Shown: in pieces, positions 46,027 to 58,712 of the stretch
Numbering within the stretch: the stretch's first letter is position 1
Layout of the letters: the number at the start of each line of letters is the position of its first letter
Source: Flectonema sp. DT1601
Taxonomy: Eukaryota
Length of the DNA: 64,000 bases
Assembly (NCBI GenBank): GCA_964019425.1
Contig: OZ025796.1
Span: 124,001-188,000, forward strand
Direction of reading: 5' to 3'
Made by a program: the position numbers and the translations under genes
Notes under the pieces: generated by a model
Database searches by the model: none
What the model saw: only the letters and a program-made list of their open reading frames with translations
Told to the model about the DNA's origin: nothing

Positions 46027-47013
46027 TTTTTAATTATAGCTTTTTACTCAACTTGTGTAGTTGAATGGTAGCCTTTTTTTTATTTTTCTTTTTAATGAGA
46101 GAATAATAAGAAAAAAAAATCATCAATACTTTTCCTAAGTTAGTAACTGCTATCTGCATTTTCCCCATGTCTATGTCTCATATCTATATCTGTACTTAGA
46201 GAAATAAAATAATAAGATTACCAAATTGCCTTCACTGAATCTTTAAATCAGATAACGAGAAAAAAGTTGCTTTTTTTTTTTTTTTTTTTCTTAAATTTGC
46301 AGAGCTTCAGCCAACATATTTTAGCGTCGTTTACAGCGACTCAGATCAAACTCTGAGAATGCTAATTTTTTTTTTTTTTTTTTTTATACAATAAATTACT
46401 TCACGCAAAAAAAAAAAAAAATAAATAAAAACGGACTTCATTTTCATTTTCATTACGCCCAGTACTCGTGGTAATAATTACAACAAAGCAGGTCATTTAG
46501 ATTTTAAAAGTGCGATAAAATAAAATAATAAATAACATAACTATTTCCACACTTTTTTATACCATTACAGAATAACAAAAACAAAAGCAGATGCTACGTG
46601 TTGCTACAAGTGTTTCCTAAAATAGGTTTTTTTGCTGGGGTCAGAATAACTAAGCTCAAGACAGGTTCCGAAATAAAAAAAATAAATAGAATCACATATT
46701 TTTGGTACATTACACTCGTATTTAGTTAACTTAATGTAATGACGTGATTCAGAAAAAAGAGGAAAAAAAAAAGAAGAAGAACCATACAGAAAGACTTATA
46801 ACCAGATTACGATTTTTTCAATTTGAACTCTTGAAAATTTATTTATTTATTTATTTTTATCGAAGCAGGATTTACATGAGATCGCACAAACCATGAGTGT
46901 CTCATGTGTGTACAGGGAAAAAAAAAAAAAAAAAAAAAAGGGAAAAAGGGAAAAAGAAGGAAATAAATTCAACACCCGGATTCTTACCCAACCCACACTA
47001 CTTACTTATCAAT

Positions 47014-47185
47014 GGACGCAAGTTAAAAAGGTTTCCCATCTTATTCAAGTTTTCAAGCTAGCGGATGAATTCAATTAGACTCGTTTAATGCGTCAGTGTA
47101 GTGATCGTGCAGTCTAGGACATTTAGGAACATCACAGACCTGCTATTGGCTCGCTCTTACGCGTGCTGAAGGCGCAAGAATCGAA
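47014..47185 (-). pseudogene. Isolated, degenerate SSU (18S) rRNA fragment (3' major domain)
   Basis: The minus strand reads CAATAGCAGGTCTGTGATGTTCCTAAATGTCCTAGACTGCACGATCACTACACTGACGCATTAAACGAGT, matching the conserved eukaryotic CAATAACAGGTCTGTGATG..ATGT.CTGGGC.GCACGCGC.CTACACTG block. GACGCA can pair with downstream TGCGTC as in the rRNA helix. Confidence 0.85.
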
Positions 47186-47417
47186 ACGAACGGAAAACAG
47201 TTTTCAACTGTTTTCTTTATTTATAATACGAACACGTTTACTTATTTCGTCACAAAAGGGGTGCGTCGAGGCGTAAAATATGAATCACTTCCAATAATAA
47301 ACCATGGCTACTGTTTATTGTTTACGAGTCTGCTTGCGTCATGTCGTCGCAATGAAGTTTTATATTTGTGTTAATTAGTTTAGTAACTCAGATTAGAATC
47401 AAAATAGTTAATTTAGT

Positions 47418-47620
47418 TTAGTTAGCAAAATACAAACTGATGACTACGAGGGGTCTGGGTAGCCCGCATCAGTAAGGACCCAATCGCGAAGATTGTAGTT
47501 TCATAGTATTGGCTGGAAGTGATCGACTTCCAGCCTCCACCTTGCCCAGAGGCTAACAGGTTGTAAACAACTAAAGAAAATAAAAGAGGGGTAATTTGAT
47601 ACTGTATTTTCAAGCTCAAA
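47418..47620. repeat. Dispersed structured repeat, copy 2
   Basis: Homologous to 39187-39366 and 39571-39607. Contains a perfect 10-bp hairpin GGCTGGAAGT-N5-ACTTCCAGCC and is preceded by TTAG/TTTAG units. Confidence 0.85.
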
Positions 47621-49460
47621 AGTAACAACAATTTCTCCGACAATCTTGACTGTCAGCGGCAGCGTAGTAAATGACTGCAAATAAATAAATAATACCACTG
47701 GAGGCCACGTGAACATAGAGGGGGGGAAAAAATCAACTGTGTCATCATTTATATAGTATATATGGGCTGAAAAAGTTCAGGCTGCTCCATTTTTTTTTGA
47801 TAATGAATGCAACATTACAAATAGAATGAGAAATAATCCTCGGGAGTTTCTTCACATGTGAAAACGGAAACCACCACTCACCTATTTCTCTCTGAATTGC
47901 TGCTCATGGTCGGTTGACAATACAATACAAAAAAAAAAAAAAAAAAAAAAAAACAGTCATCTGAGCTTCCGCACAAAGTATATCACATCCTACAGAGAGA
48001 TTAATGCTTCGCTCATAACTATTAATGGCGACATGAAGAGTATGAAAAAAGAAAAGAAAACATATTTTCGACCGAGTGACTTGCATCCACCAGGCTCATT
48101 TATTTCACTTCCGTTTTTAAGATGGAACATCAACGACGACAGAAGATCTTCCTGTCTAAATGCTTAAGTCATAAAATGATTTAAGAACGTAACTTTGTTA
48201 CGATGCCGTTGTCTTGGAAGAAAGACGAAAAATTAAAAATCACAGAAAAAGCAGCAAATCGTTTCTACCAATAAACAATAAGAAGATTCTACACAATTGG
48301 GCAGAATGAAAAATTAGAGGAGAGAGAAAAAAAAAATAATTAGCCCTACTCAAGTTCTCTGATATCTATCACTATGATTTTCAGGTAAAACTTGTGTATG
48401 GCTGGTTTGCAAAAAGCTGCTGTTATTTCTTATTATTATTACTGTTTTTTTATTTTATTTTTTTTTTTTTTTTACTAATGTATTCAAAATATATTAAAAA
48501 ATAAATAAATAAAAAAGTTATAAAAAACGCATTCTCTCTTTATGAGATATGGAGTTACAATAACTTTTAATGAAAACCAAATCATCAGTCCTTCTTAATG
48601 TGAATTAGGTACCAAAACTAAAGATCAACTCAGAATACAAGAACAATTATTTTGTTGCACCCGGTCAGTTTGTCTGCGAGGCAAGGACTATCAGTTTACT
48701 TTTTAATAAAGAAAAGCTACAAAGGACAATTGCTAGAGCCTGCTAAGGAAAAGAAAGTGGAGCGAAGGCGTTCAGACAGTAGTCAATTCAACAGAAAGGA
48801 CTCCATCTGATGCTCTTTTCCTTTTATACTAACAGAAGGGCGTTATGACAGAGAACTTTCGTATTTCATCGAAAGACTTGTTTCACACCGCAAAAAAAAA
48901 AAAGAAAAATAGAAATAAAAAAAAAATCAGCGAAGGCTGACAAAACGTACTGAAAGAACAAAGAGAGACGACCACCGATGCAAACTGCCGCTTATCAAAG
49001 CAGCGGAGGCACTTCACAATTACTACAATACCAGAATCGCCCAGAAGAGAAGATACATGTTGATGGCAAAAGTAATACAAACAAAAAGAAATATTATATT
49101 AAAAACATTTATTCATCAGGATTGTGATCCTGAACAGGTGGGTGATGAGTTTTTTGACGATGTAGAAACAGTAATAAACTTTATTATACTAAAATAAGTA
49201 ACAAGGTTTAAACTGAAAAAAAGAAAGCGACCCGATCATGGGGGGATATTCTTGACGCAACGGATATTTATGACCAGGGGGTTTGACCTGGCACATACAA
49301 AAAAAAAAAGAAAAATTCACTTGTGGAGAGAGAAACGAAACAAAGATGAACAAAAAACTTAACAACAGAACCGCTTGAAACGGGAGAGACCGAAAAAACA
49401 AATCGCATTAATCAGATTTAATCACCTCGACTTGCATCACTATTTTTATAAGCATCGCAG

Positions 49461-52400
49461 CTACATATAAAAAGGTGATTCTAACAAAGAACCAGCAGTC
49501 GATCTCTCTTGTGGATTCTCATGCAGCGACCCACTAAGAACATCCTGAGCATCATTGGGAATATCATCAGGGATTCGTGGTCTTTTACCATGCATCAACA
49601 TGTATATAAATTGAACAGGCAACACACTCGTCATGTCCACATCGTATATAATCGTACCTGTTAACAATTCCCCAAATGATATCCCAAATGACCAAATATC
49701 TGAATGAACTCCCGTGTCCCTGCTAATAACTTCAGGTGACATATACATTGCTGTTCCGACTAAGGTATCAGAAGACGACTTCGCATGTCCACATGATCCG
49801 AAATCAGCTAATTTACAAACACCATCACCAGCGACAAGTACATTTCCTGGTTTTAAATCTCTGTGAATGATCTCATTCTCATGAAGGTAACATAATCCTT
49901 TTAGCATGTCTTTGCTGTACCTTTTAACAACTGATAGCGATAACTTTCCGAAACTTGAGAGGATATTCGCCAAAGAACCTCCAGGCATATATTCCATTGA
50001 AATAACGATGACGTCAGCAGTGACGGCAGATCCGTTGTAACCAACAATGTTTTGGTGTCTGAATTGTGATAAAACTGATACCTGTTTTATTTATATTTTG
50101 TACCTACAAAACCTATTGTCAGCGTCACTGGTTGCACAGAACTAAAAACAAAAAATGAGGGGGGAAAAAAAGTTTAAAAAAAAAAAAAAAAATCACAAAC
50201 CTCATTCACTAAATCTCTAATCTCATCTTCAGTCAAATTCTTATTTAATTTAATCGCTTTTAATGCGATAAGATCACCGTCAGGAGTCATGCCTGCAAAC
50301 ACTTTACCATAAGAACCCTTACCAAGCATGTTGTTACTGGTGAACCAGATTTGTTTCTGTTGTTGTTGTTGTTTTTTTTTGTTGATTAAAAAGAAAAAAA
50401 AAAAATAAATTTAAAAAATGAAACCACAAACCTCCTTACCCATTGATGTTATCGTTGGCGGTAATGACAAGTCTACCGAAGAAAAGTTTCCGAGATTCAG
50501 AGTGGTACTGGTACCGGGAAGTGAACTGAATTCAGAATTGGTTACCGAAGTTGGTTTTCCGAAATCAGATAGAGGATTTTGAAGGTTTTTTCGATTTCTT
50601 TCAATTTCTAAAACGAGTTCAGAACCGTCGTTTTGAGAAGGTTCACTCGGAACATCGAGTGACACAGAATCAAAAGACACTGGTTGATCATAAGCAGGAA
50701 CCTGACACTCAAAATCATCCCACGGCATTCTCGACTTCCGTAAATATGAAAATCTTCCTTCAGCTTGACTCCAAAACTTCGCCAAAGACAGCAGTCGCAG
50801 AGCTTGTCGATCTGCTGCAAGAGAATCATCACTAAGCAGATCTGTAGCTTGTATGAATTGTCCCTGACATAATCTAGTCCAAGCTTGATTATATAGAGTA
50901 TTGCAAGAGTCACTGGCTTCTTCAGAATTCTTAACTTCATATAAAAGTACAGTTCTGTCTTGACCAGTGTGTGAAGAGAGAAGGATTTTATCGACAACAC
51001 GTGCGTTAATAGTTGCCCTCACCATGTCATATGTCTCAGCAGAGACTAAGACTCCGACTCGTAGGTAAGCTGCTAAGGGGAGTGCTCCTGCACAAATATC
51101 TAATATGTCACCTGCTGCTGCTACTGCTCTTGAGTGATGGTCTCCTACGCTGCCAGCGTAGATCTGACCAGTGGCGATTACTGAGAAACACCTTCCTGAT
51201 GATTTGTTTTTTATATCGATTGCACAGCTGCAAGCATCCCTAGCATGTTGATTACTCGCATTGTGAACATTCCAAGTAGCAACACATTCTAATGGCGATA
51301 GTCTTAGTATGATCCCACCTTTCTTCTTCACCGACAACAATACTAATCGCACAAACCAAGACACACGATCGCTGTCAATATCATCTCCTTTCAAATCTAA
51401 TTTTACTTGTAAAACAGTTCCGAATTTTGACTTCAAACCAACTTCACGAAGTCTTTCAATTTTTCGAGCATCAGCTGCTGCTGGTGATGGGGGAAGTTCG
51501 CTGGAAATATGCTCCGCTTCGGGAGTCGAACCTGTCAAACCTTGAGGCATAAATGTTAAGTATTCAGTCAAAAATCGTAACGTCCGATTAAAAGAACGAG
51601 TGAGAGCGTCAACTTCTCTGAGGCCGATCACGTTAAAATCACATGAGGAATTCAGCATTTCTGATTTTGCTGCTTCGACATCTAGGCTTGCCATTGCTTT
51701 TGTTGCTTTTGAAAGGCTTTGTAATGGTCTTCCAATGATGAAGTATTCCATAACAGCTAAGAGGATGTCAACGACTAAGACAGCGCTTGAGAATATTAGC
51801 ATTGTCACGAGGGCTTTGTTTACTTCTCCATCGACTGATGAAACTGGTCGAATCCAAATTATAATTAAATCAACACTGGGAACACCATCTGTGACTGACC
51901 TATACACCGTTCGATATCGAACAAAGAACTCTGTTCCGTCTAAGTTTGCTTCTAAAAACATCGTATCTTCAGTTCCAATATGTTTGACAGCACCTGAAAG
52001 AGCAGCTCCGTAATTGTCCCGCCACGTTGATACTTTTGCAAGACACGAATCGATTTTTCTTATGCTGTGAGTGTTTCGTAGACCATCAAAGCAACCCTTA
52101 ATAACAACTTCTTGACCAGTATTAGTTGTGTAGATGTGACCATGGTGTCTATCGTAGACGTACACGTTAGTACTCGTATCAAAGGCACCATCAAATTGAA
52201 AATTAAAAACAAAATAACCTTGCAACATAACAGCTGTATAATTCGACCATGGATGTGGATGTGCAGGAGGCTCGTGAACAGTTTCAAACGAAGTGAACTG
52301 ATACGGCGATCCATCAGAAGAAAACCAAATTTGAGGTTGTCTCCAACGCTCTCTATTTTTATAAGCAATTGTCGGGACTGTGTTCCAAGCATGGATGGGT

Positions 52401-53242
52401 TTTCCGTATTCAAATTGCTTCCAGGTTTTGGTTTGTTCTCCGTATGCTTTTATGTTAAAACTATCATAATGCGATCTATTGTCGATGTGACCTGTTTCAG
52501 AATTTAATGAACTAATCGAAGCATTTATTATAACTTCACCATCGATACCTCCTTCAGAGTAGTCCATACCGTATTCATAGTGAGCATAGATGAATTCTCT
52601 TGTTGGGATACCAGACTCATTGCTTATCTCATGCCAACTATGAGAGTACATTATATCTGGGGAGGGATATTCTTGAGGGAGTAGAACAACACCTGATTCT
52701 TGAACATTACTGATACCTGTGATCGCTAACAAGTCTACCCATCTCGCGTGTTTTAACAGCTCACTGGCAGACTTTGAGGTAGTCGCCGCGTGACTATGAT
52801 ATAAGAATTTCTTCATTCCCTCAATATATTTAATCGGATTGCTGAATGACAAGCTGATCCTGTCACTCAGAATTAACGTTTCGGACTTACTTATCTCGTC
52901 AACAGTTGCCTTGAGAGATTCAAGTGATTGAAGATAGATAATTACTGCTCCAAAAACCGATGCGAAAGTACTGACCATCATTACAGTGAATAAGATACAG
53001 CTGAATGGTAATTTTATTATAACGCTTCGTGGAGCAGGACTGTTAATTTCTGTTTCTCTAACTGGGGAACCCTTATCATCGAAACTCCCATTATTCGAAT
53101 CGGAATTAAATAAAGGCGGAACTCTAACATTCGAATTTCGTGGAACTTCCAGCTGAAGCGCAGGGGGGCGAACGGCTCTGTGATAGCCGCCGCCTTCCGT
53201 TTCCATTTTTATAGAAGAGCTGTCCGCATGGATCACGGGCAT
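49461..53242 (-). CDS. Receptor-like protein: TM, extracellular domain, TM, HAMP-like, degenerate cyclase-like domain, STE/MAP3K-type kinase; 3 exons (53242-50432, 50356-50201, 50081-49461)
   Basis: Introns 50357-50431 and 50082-50200 (both GTTTGT..CAG) supply LGKGSYGKVF..IALK..LVNE/VSVLSQFRHQNIVGY in frame with MEYMPGGSL, HRDLKPGN, DFG and GTAMYMSPE. Confidence 0.88.
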
Positions 53243-53490
53243 GACTGTAAGGGAGAAAAAAAAATTTCAATATTTTCTAAATTCTTGCCCAATAAAAAAT
53301 AATACCTGGATAGTGAAGTAGCATATAATTAACTATACATCACTTTATACAGCATCCTAACCGCCTAAGATGTAAGGCGGCCTATAAACCTTCAAACTAA
53401 AGGTTTTTTAAACTGAGAGGGCAAAAAAAAATACCTCGTTATTTAACTACCACGGATCGTACAAGAGAGAGAGTCAAAAAAAAAAATATT

Positions 53491-54774
53491 TTATTTTGTG
53501 AAATCGTCTGTCGTGTACTGTGAAAATGTTTCCGCTGATATGTCACCAGAAGCTAATCTGGAAGCAATTGATTGACTACCACCGAGTCCTTTTAGTAAGG
53601 ATTTCACGGTAGTTCTGTATTTCCCAGCAAGGTTTGATCCGCATGATGCCCAGAGCTGTTGTTCTATTTCTTCTCCTTTATCAGTTCCTCCTTCTCCTCC
53701 ACTTTCTTCAATTTGTTTTTGAAATCTGAGAGCGACTTCTCCTCTTACCCTCGAGATCTTCGCGTCTCTTACTGAGGTGTCATCTTTGGGACGCTTATCA
53801 GCTTGAGAATCGTCTTCGGCTGGTCGCTTGATCTGTTTTTTGTGTTATCTTAAGAGGAATAACAAAACAATAACTACAGTAGAATGAATACAAACCTTCT
53901 CAGCGCTCGGCTTGTCAGGACTCGGTGAAGGATGGCTCTCTTTTTTAACAGCCGGAGGCGTTGGAGGAGGATCGCTAGCCTTTGGAGCTTCGCTAACCTT
54001 TGGAGCTTCGCTAGCCTTTGGAGCTTCGCTATTACTTGTTGGGGGTGCTGGAGATTCTTGCAGAGGTGGGACGTAGTGAAGTGCTGACCCTGAAGGGATT
54101 CCTAAGTCAGTAAAGGTTAGAGTGAGGTCACTAATTCTACATCCATTATAAACAATACGACCAGCTTCATCAGGAAGTCCTCGACGGGTAGCAATAGCAG
54201 TGCGTAGTTGAAGGATTGTTGAGGACGATGATAAATTATGAATTTGAGGTTCACCACCAAACAGCTTAACAGTAATAGAGAACTTCTCATCCTCTACATC
54301 TCCGGCAGCGAATTGTGAAACTGTTTGACTGTCACTCGGAATGTGAGGTGACGATTCCACTGATGGTTTTGGCATCGCTGAAACCTCCGTTCCACTTGAT
54401 ACGATCTTTTCATCTTCATCATCATCATCATCACTGTCATTGGTTTTGATTATTTTAAGAGTTTTCTTGGGGGCACTTTTTTTCGCTGCTGCTTTCGCCT
54501 TTTTAGGTGCTGCCTTTGCCTTTCTCGGAGGTGAATCAGGATCTGGGTGTTCTGATAAAATGTGAGATTGAACTGCGTACCTGACTGGTAATCTATCGTC
54601 TTCTGGGATACTCATATCAACTTTAAATGTTTTATCACACATTGGACAGGTTTGAGATTCTTCACCGAACTCTTCAGAGTCAAGCGGATCTTCCTTTTCA
54701 AAGCTTAATTCAGACCCGGATGATGATGGGCTTCTCGCCCTTCTATTCCGACTACTTCTCACACGTGCGGGCAT
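53491..54774 (-). CDS. Protein with C2H2-like finger, ubiquitin-like domain and C-terminal TFIIS-central-like domain, 2 exons (54774-53896, 53832-53491)
   Basis: CPMC..HILSEH, and a UBL domain FSITVKLFGG..TILQLR..RIVYNG..LTFTDLGIPSGSALH. Intron 53833-53895 gives EEIEQQLW..KYRTTVKSLL..LASGDISAETF. Confidence 0.72.
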
Positions 54775-55051
54775 TCTTTGTGATGCTGCTTTTTAGAAAT
54801 AGAATTGTTTGTTTCATCTTTAAGCGAATTCAAGAACAGCTGTAGTAATCTGTTAAGGTAGTTCAATAAAGAAAATAACAAATATAACAACGAAGAGAAA
54901 AAAAAGGGAATGAAAATGTGTAAATATCTTACAGGCAGAATGATCTGTAAAGATTTATTCTAGATTGGTGGAAAGAAGAAAGGCAGCCGAAAAGAGAACA
55001 AAGAAAACGTTCGATATAAGCGAAAAAAAAATGACATCAAAAAAAAAAGAC

Positions 55052-56743
55052 CTACAAGAGCCGTCTCCCGCTGCTATACCGAGCAGGTTTTGGTTGTCTC
55101 TCTTCTCGAAGTTTAGCAGCATGGTCATGACGACATTCAGGTACATGTTTCGCTTGTTCAAGAGCGATGATTTGTTTTCGCCTAATGTTCGCATGATGGA
55201 TCTTAGCAGACGGAGGTAGAGGGAGTAAAAGATGAGGGTCAAATTTAAATATTCTCGGCTCAGCCTTCGGCAGTACATCAGATCCTAAGTAGTCAGGAAA
55301 AACAGAATGAGATTGAAAACAAATAGAACTATTGACATGTTGTTTAGTGCAAGATTTCTTTTTTAGAATCTTCTGCGGAGGGACAAGATCACCTCCGCCA
55401 CCAGATGGTGGACGCCAACCAAGTCGGAGTAGTTTCCTTCGTTGTCGGTCTTCGTCGGTTTCAGCATCTCTGGTGAAGATGTTACCTCGACACCAAGCGG
55501 AGTCTTTATCTTCGTCATCACATATGTCTGCATCACAGCATGCTTCACTCACTACATATTCAAAGTCAGACGTGTGGGTGTTTAGGTCATCAGGTGGTGA
55601 GAATAACCCTCGTGGGATTCGTCGGGTTTTAAGGTCTTCAGTCATTGCAGCCAAGTAGTCGATTCCATGATATGAAAAAACTTTTTTATGAGATTCATTC
55701 CAATTAACGAGAGTCGGGTACAACACCCTCTCAATTGCTAGTAATCGCGGGTATGCTTGTTTTCGGAATTTTGCTTCCCGAAGTAACCTTTTGCTATCTC
55801 CAAAGAGTCGAAGGGGTGATTCAGCTGAGGCCTCGACGTCTTTTACTAAACCTAATAGTGCTTGTCTGTCTTCTATTAATCTCATTTTCTTTTTTACATC
55901 TTCCATGAATGTTTTTTTGTGTTCTTCTTCACTAAGAAGTTGTTCCTTTCTTTCAATCAAAACGTTCATAACATTCGTCGATGGTGATACCGCGCTGATT
56001 CCTTGACAGGCTTCCTTTTTAACGAGATTAAATGCCAGTTTATCAACTTTAGAATTGTCACTCCTCTGAGCATCGTCAGTGGTAACAAGATAACTAACTA
56101 ACTCATTAGCAAGTTGTTTTATTGTTTTTTGACGTTGATAACGTGTTTCGCACAAATCAGTTATTTCCGTTTCCAACAGCGATATAAAAGTTTGAGAAAC
56201 ACCATAAACACGTTCGTTATAAGAATAAGTGTTATTACTATTCTTCGTGATGGGAGGTAACTGTTCCTGTAGTTCTCTTATTAAACGATTTCTCTTTAAG
56301 AGGAGGTCGTCAATTTCTTGTTTTCGCTGATTCATTGTCTCTGTTAGCCTTTGAATTGAGACATCAAGTGATAGGACTATTTGTGTTAGGGACATCTTAT
56401 TCAAATTCTGATCAATAAAGCTATTAATATTTTCCAACATGTTGCAACAAATACTTATTGCCTCTTCTTTCTTTGCTGTTATCATTTTTCGTTGCCATTT
56501 TGCGTCTTGAGCTCCTTTTATTTGGGCTACAAGATCTTTCATGTCATCTAATTTTGGACGGACTATTTGAATTCGTTTTTCTTCTTCAAAATCGTCTTCT
56601 TCCCAAAGCATCCAAACTGTTTTTAGGGATGAGAGCATTTCAAGAATACAATTCTTACTTTTGGTGTTGTTGGTGTTGTTGTTTTTGCTATCTCCAAACA
56701 ACCAATCTGAAACGAGTAGTAAACTATCTTTCTCAAGAGACAT
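55052..56743 (-). CDS. MAP65/Ase1/PRC1-family microtubule-bundling protein
   Basis: Coiled-coil N-half followed by the conserved-type motif RLFGDSKRLLREAKFRK..PRL..WNESHKKVFSYHG.DYL. First ATG is at 56743. Confidence 0.78.
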   Translation of the reverse strand: MSLEKDSLLLVSDWLFGDSKNNNTNNTKSKNCILEMLSSLKTVWMLWEEDDFEEEKRIQIVRPKLDDMKDLVAQIKGAQDAKWQRKMITAKKEEAISICCNMLENINSFIDQNLNKMSLTQIVLSLDVSIQRLTETMNQRKQEIDDLLLKRNRLIRELQEQLPPITKNSNNTYSYNERVYGVSQTFISLLETEITDLCETRYQRQKTIKQLANELVSYLVTTDDAQRSDNSKVDKLAFNLVKKEACQGISAVSPSTNVMNVLIERKEQLLSEEEHKKTFMEDVKKKMRLIEDRQALLGLVKDVEASAESPLRLFGDSKRLLREAKFRKQAYPRLLAIERVLYPTLVNWNESHKKVFSYHGIDYLAAMTEDLKTRRIPRGLFSPPDDLNTHTSDFEYVVSEACCDADICDDEDKDSAWCRGNIFTRDAETDEDRQRRKLLRLGWRPPSGGGGDLVPPQKILKKKSCTKQHVNSSICFQSHSVFPDYLGSDVLPKAEPRIFKFDPHLLLPLPPSAKIHHANIRRKQIIALEQAKHVPECRHDHAAKLREERQPKPARYSSGRRLL

Positions 56744-58712
56744 ATTATAATATACTTCCGCAGTCACAATCAAAAAGAAGAAGTTATTTACTTTCTAACT
56801 AAGGTGGTGATGTTGACGGTAATGGTGATACTCTGTTAGAAAATAATATTTAAATTTGAATTATTTAAATGTTTGTTTGTATTTTTTTTTAAAGTACTTT
56901 TGTTGTGTCAAATTAATCTTCCTTTTGTCATTTTACTATCCAGATTATTATTATTAAATTTTTTTTTTTTTTTTTTTCCTTCTTTTTTTTCCCTCCTCCC
57001 CACCTTTTTTTTTTTCCCTTCTTAACATGTTTTTTCCTCGTTGTAATTTTTTTTTTTAATTTATTTAATTTCTTCCTTCTCACTTGAAGGTTACGAAGAA
57101 ATATTTATGTGCGGAAAGAATCTGAAATTGTCAAACCGTTAAAACTACGAAGCACTAGGATGTCACATCGGGGGGTAGCAATAACCTACCAATTTGAAAA
57201 CACAAGAAAGAAATGGGGGAAACATAGTATAAAGAAAAGAGGGGGAACAAAAAAAAAAAAAAAAAAAAAAAAAACTGTCAATTTTGTTTCATTACTTCAG
57301 CGGTAAAGAACGACTGTTTTCACTGGTACAAAAAACAAAAAAAACTTTTAAAAAAAAAAAAAAGAAATAGTAATTGCTTCAAAATTATTTTTCCCTCAAA
57401 TTTTTTTTTCTTTTTCTTCTGTTTAACAAGAAGAGGTTGTTCAGTTACGATAAAGAAAAGAAAGGAGGGGAAAAGAGGAAAAGAAAAGGGAAAAAAAATA
57501 ACTTAATTATAACTGGGGGTTCGTGAAGGGTGGGGTAGGTAACATGCCCTTAGTATCAAACAAGTTTTTAGTGGAACGAAGATCCAAAAAAAAAAAAAAA
57601 AATTTAAAAAAAATTAAAAACAACACGGAAAAAAGTGGGCAAAAAAGTAACTCGTTTCATCCTTTCGGTTAACTATTAACTATTCATTTCCATTTTTTTT
57701 TTTTTTTTTTTAAATTCTTTTCCAAAATCTTACAGCAGCTAGCCACAACCAGCACGCCATGGAGACTTACGTTTCTTGTAGCCAGTATAATTAGTTTTTG
57801 TCTTTCATTATTCGCTTCTTTTTAAACAAGTAGTAGTACTACATCTACTTCAAAGGTCACCGCATTAACATTTTTTTTTTTTTTTTTGCCGACAGCAAAT
57901 TCTTAAACGGAAGCAGCATAGTCATTGAGTCTTGCAAGACTTTTGTAAGGTTGCGGGGCATCGAGGCAGGGATAAGACATAAAAATTGGGATATTAACTA
58001 ACATAAAGGTTCGTGAGAGCGGGCTTTCTTTGTTTGCTTTGTTTTCTCTCCTACTTCCACGCTCTTCTGTTTAAATGAAACATGTGTAGTAACTTGTTCA
58101 GCAACCTGCAGACACAACAGAAAAAAAAAAAAAAATCTTTTTCATAATTTGATATGAATAGCGTTTCTATATGTGAAACAATTCCTGAAGGTTCCAAAGC
58201 TACTCAAGAGACTTTTTGTGGCTATTGCTATTGCATTGCCAGAAAAAGGAAAATATTTTTAAAAAAAAAAAAGGGGGGAAAATAATAACTAACAAGACTT
58301 AAGTGTAAACTAGGATACGAGTCCCAGAGAGCAGCGGCACAGAAAGAATCGCAAAAAAGAAAGAAGAAAAAAAGGAAAATAGTAGCTTATAGCAGTATTA
58401 AATTAAAATTGAAAAATCCTTTCTTTTCCTAAAAAGGATTTTCTCGTCCTTATTACACAACGAGAGGGGGGACATTATTTTATTTTGTTTAATAAAAACC
58501 AATAGAAAATGTTGAAGACGAGTATACTTGTCCATCCCATGTTTGAAAATAAAGAGACAATCAATAGGAGACAAGTCCCACGTTACTGAAGTTCGCGATC
58601 AGAACGCCAACGTCATTTGTGTAGCTGCCCTAAAGGAGCGACTTCAAGCGCAGCTCATTCTTTCCTTTCCTTTTAAGTGTAATCAAAACAGTGCGGCTAC
58701 ATTACCTCACCG

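Noticed and set aside
47418..47510. HDV-like or twister ribozyme in the dispersed repeat
   Set aside because: GAC-CCCUCGUA-GUC resembles HDV P3/L3 but the P1.1 GG and the P2 3' strand are missing. The twister UAA and T2 elements are absent.
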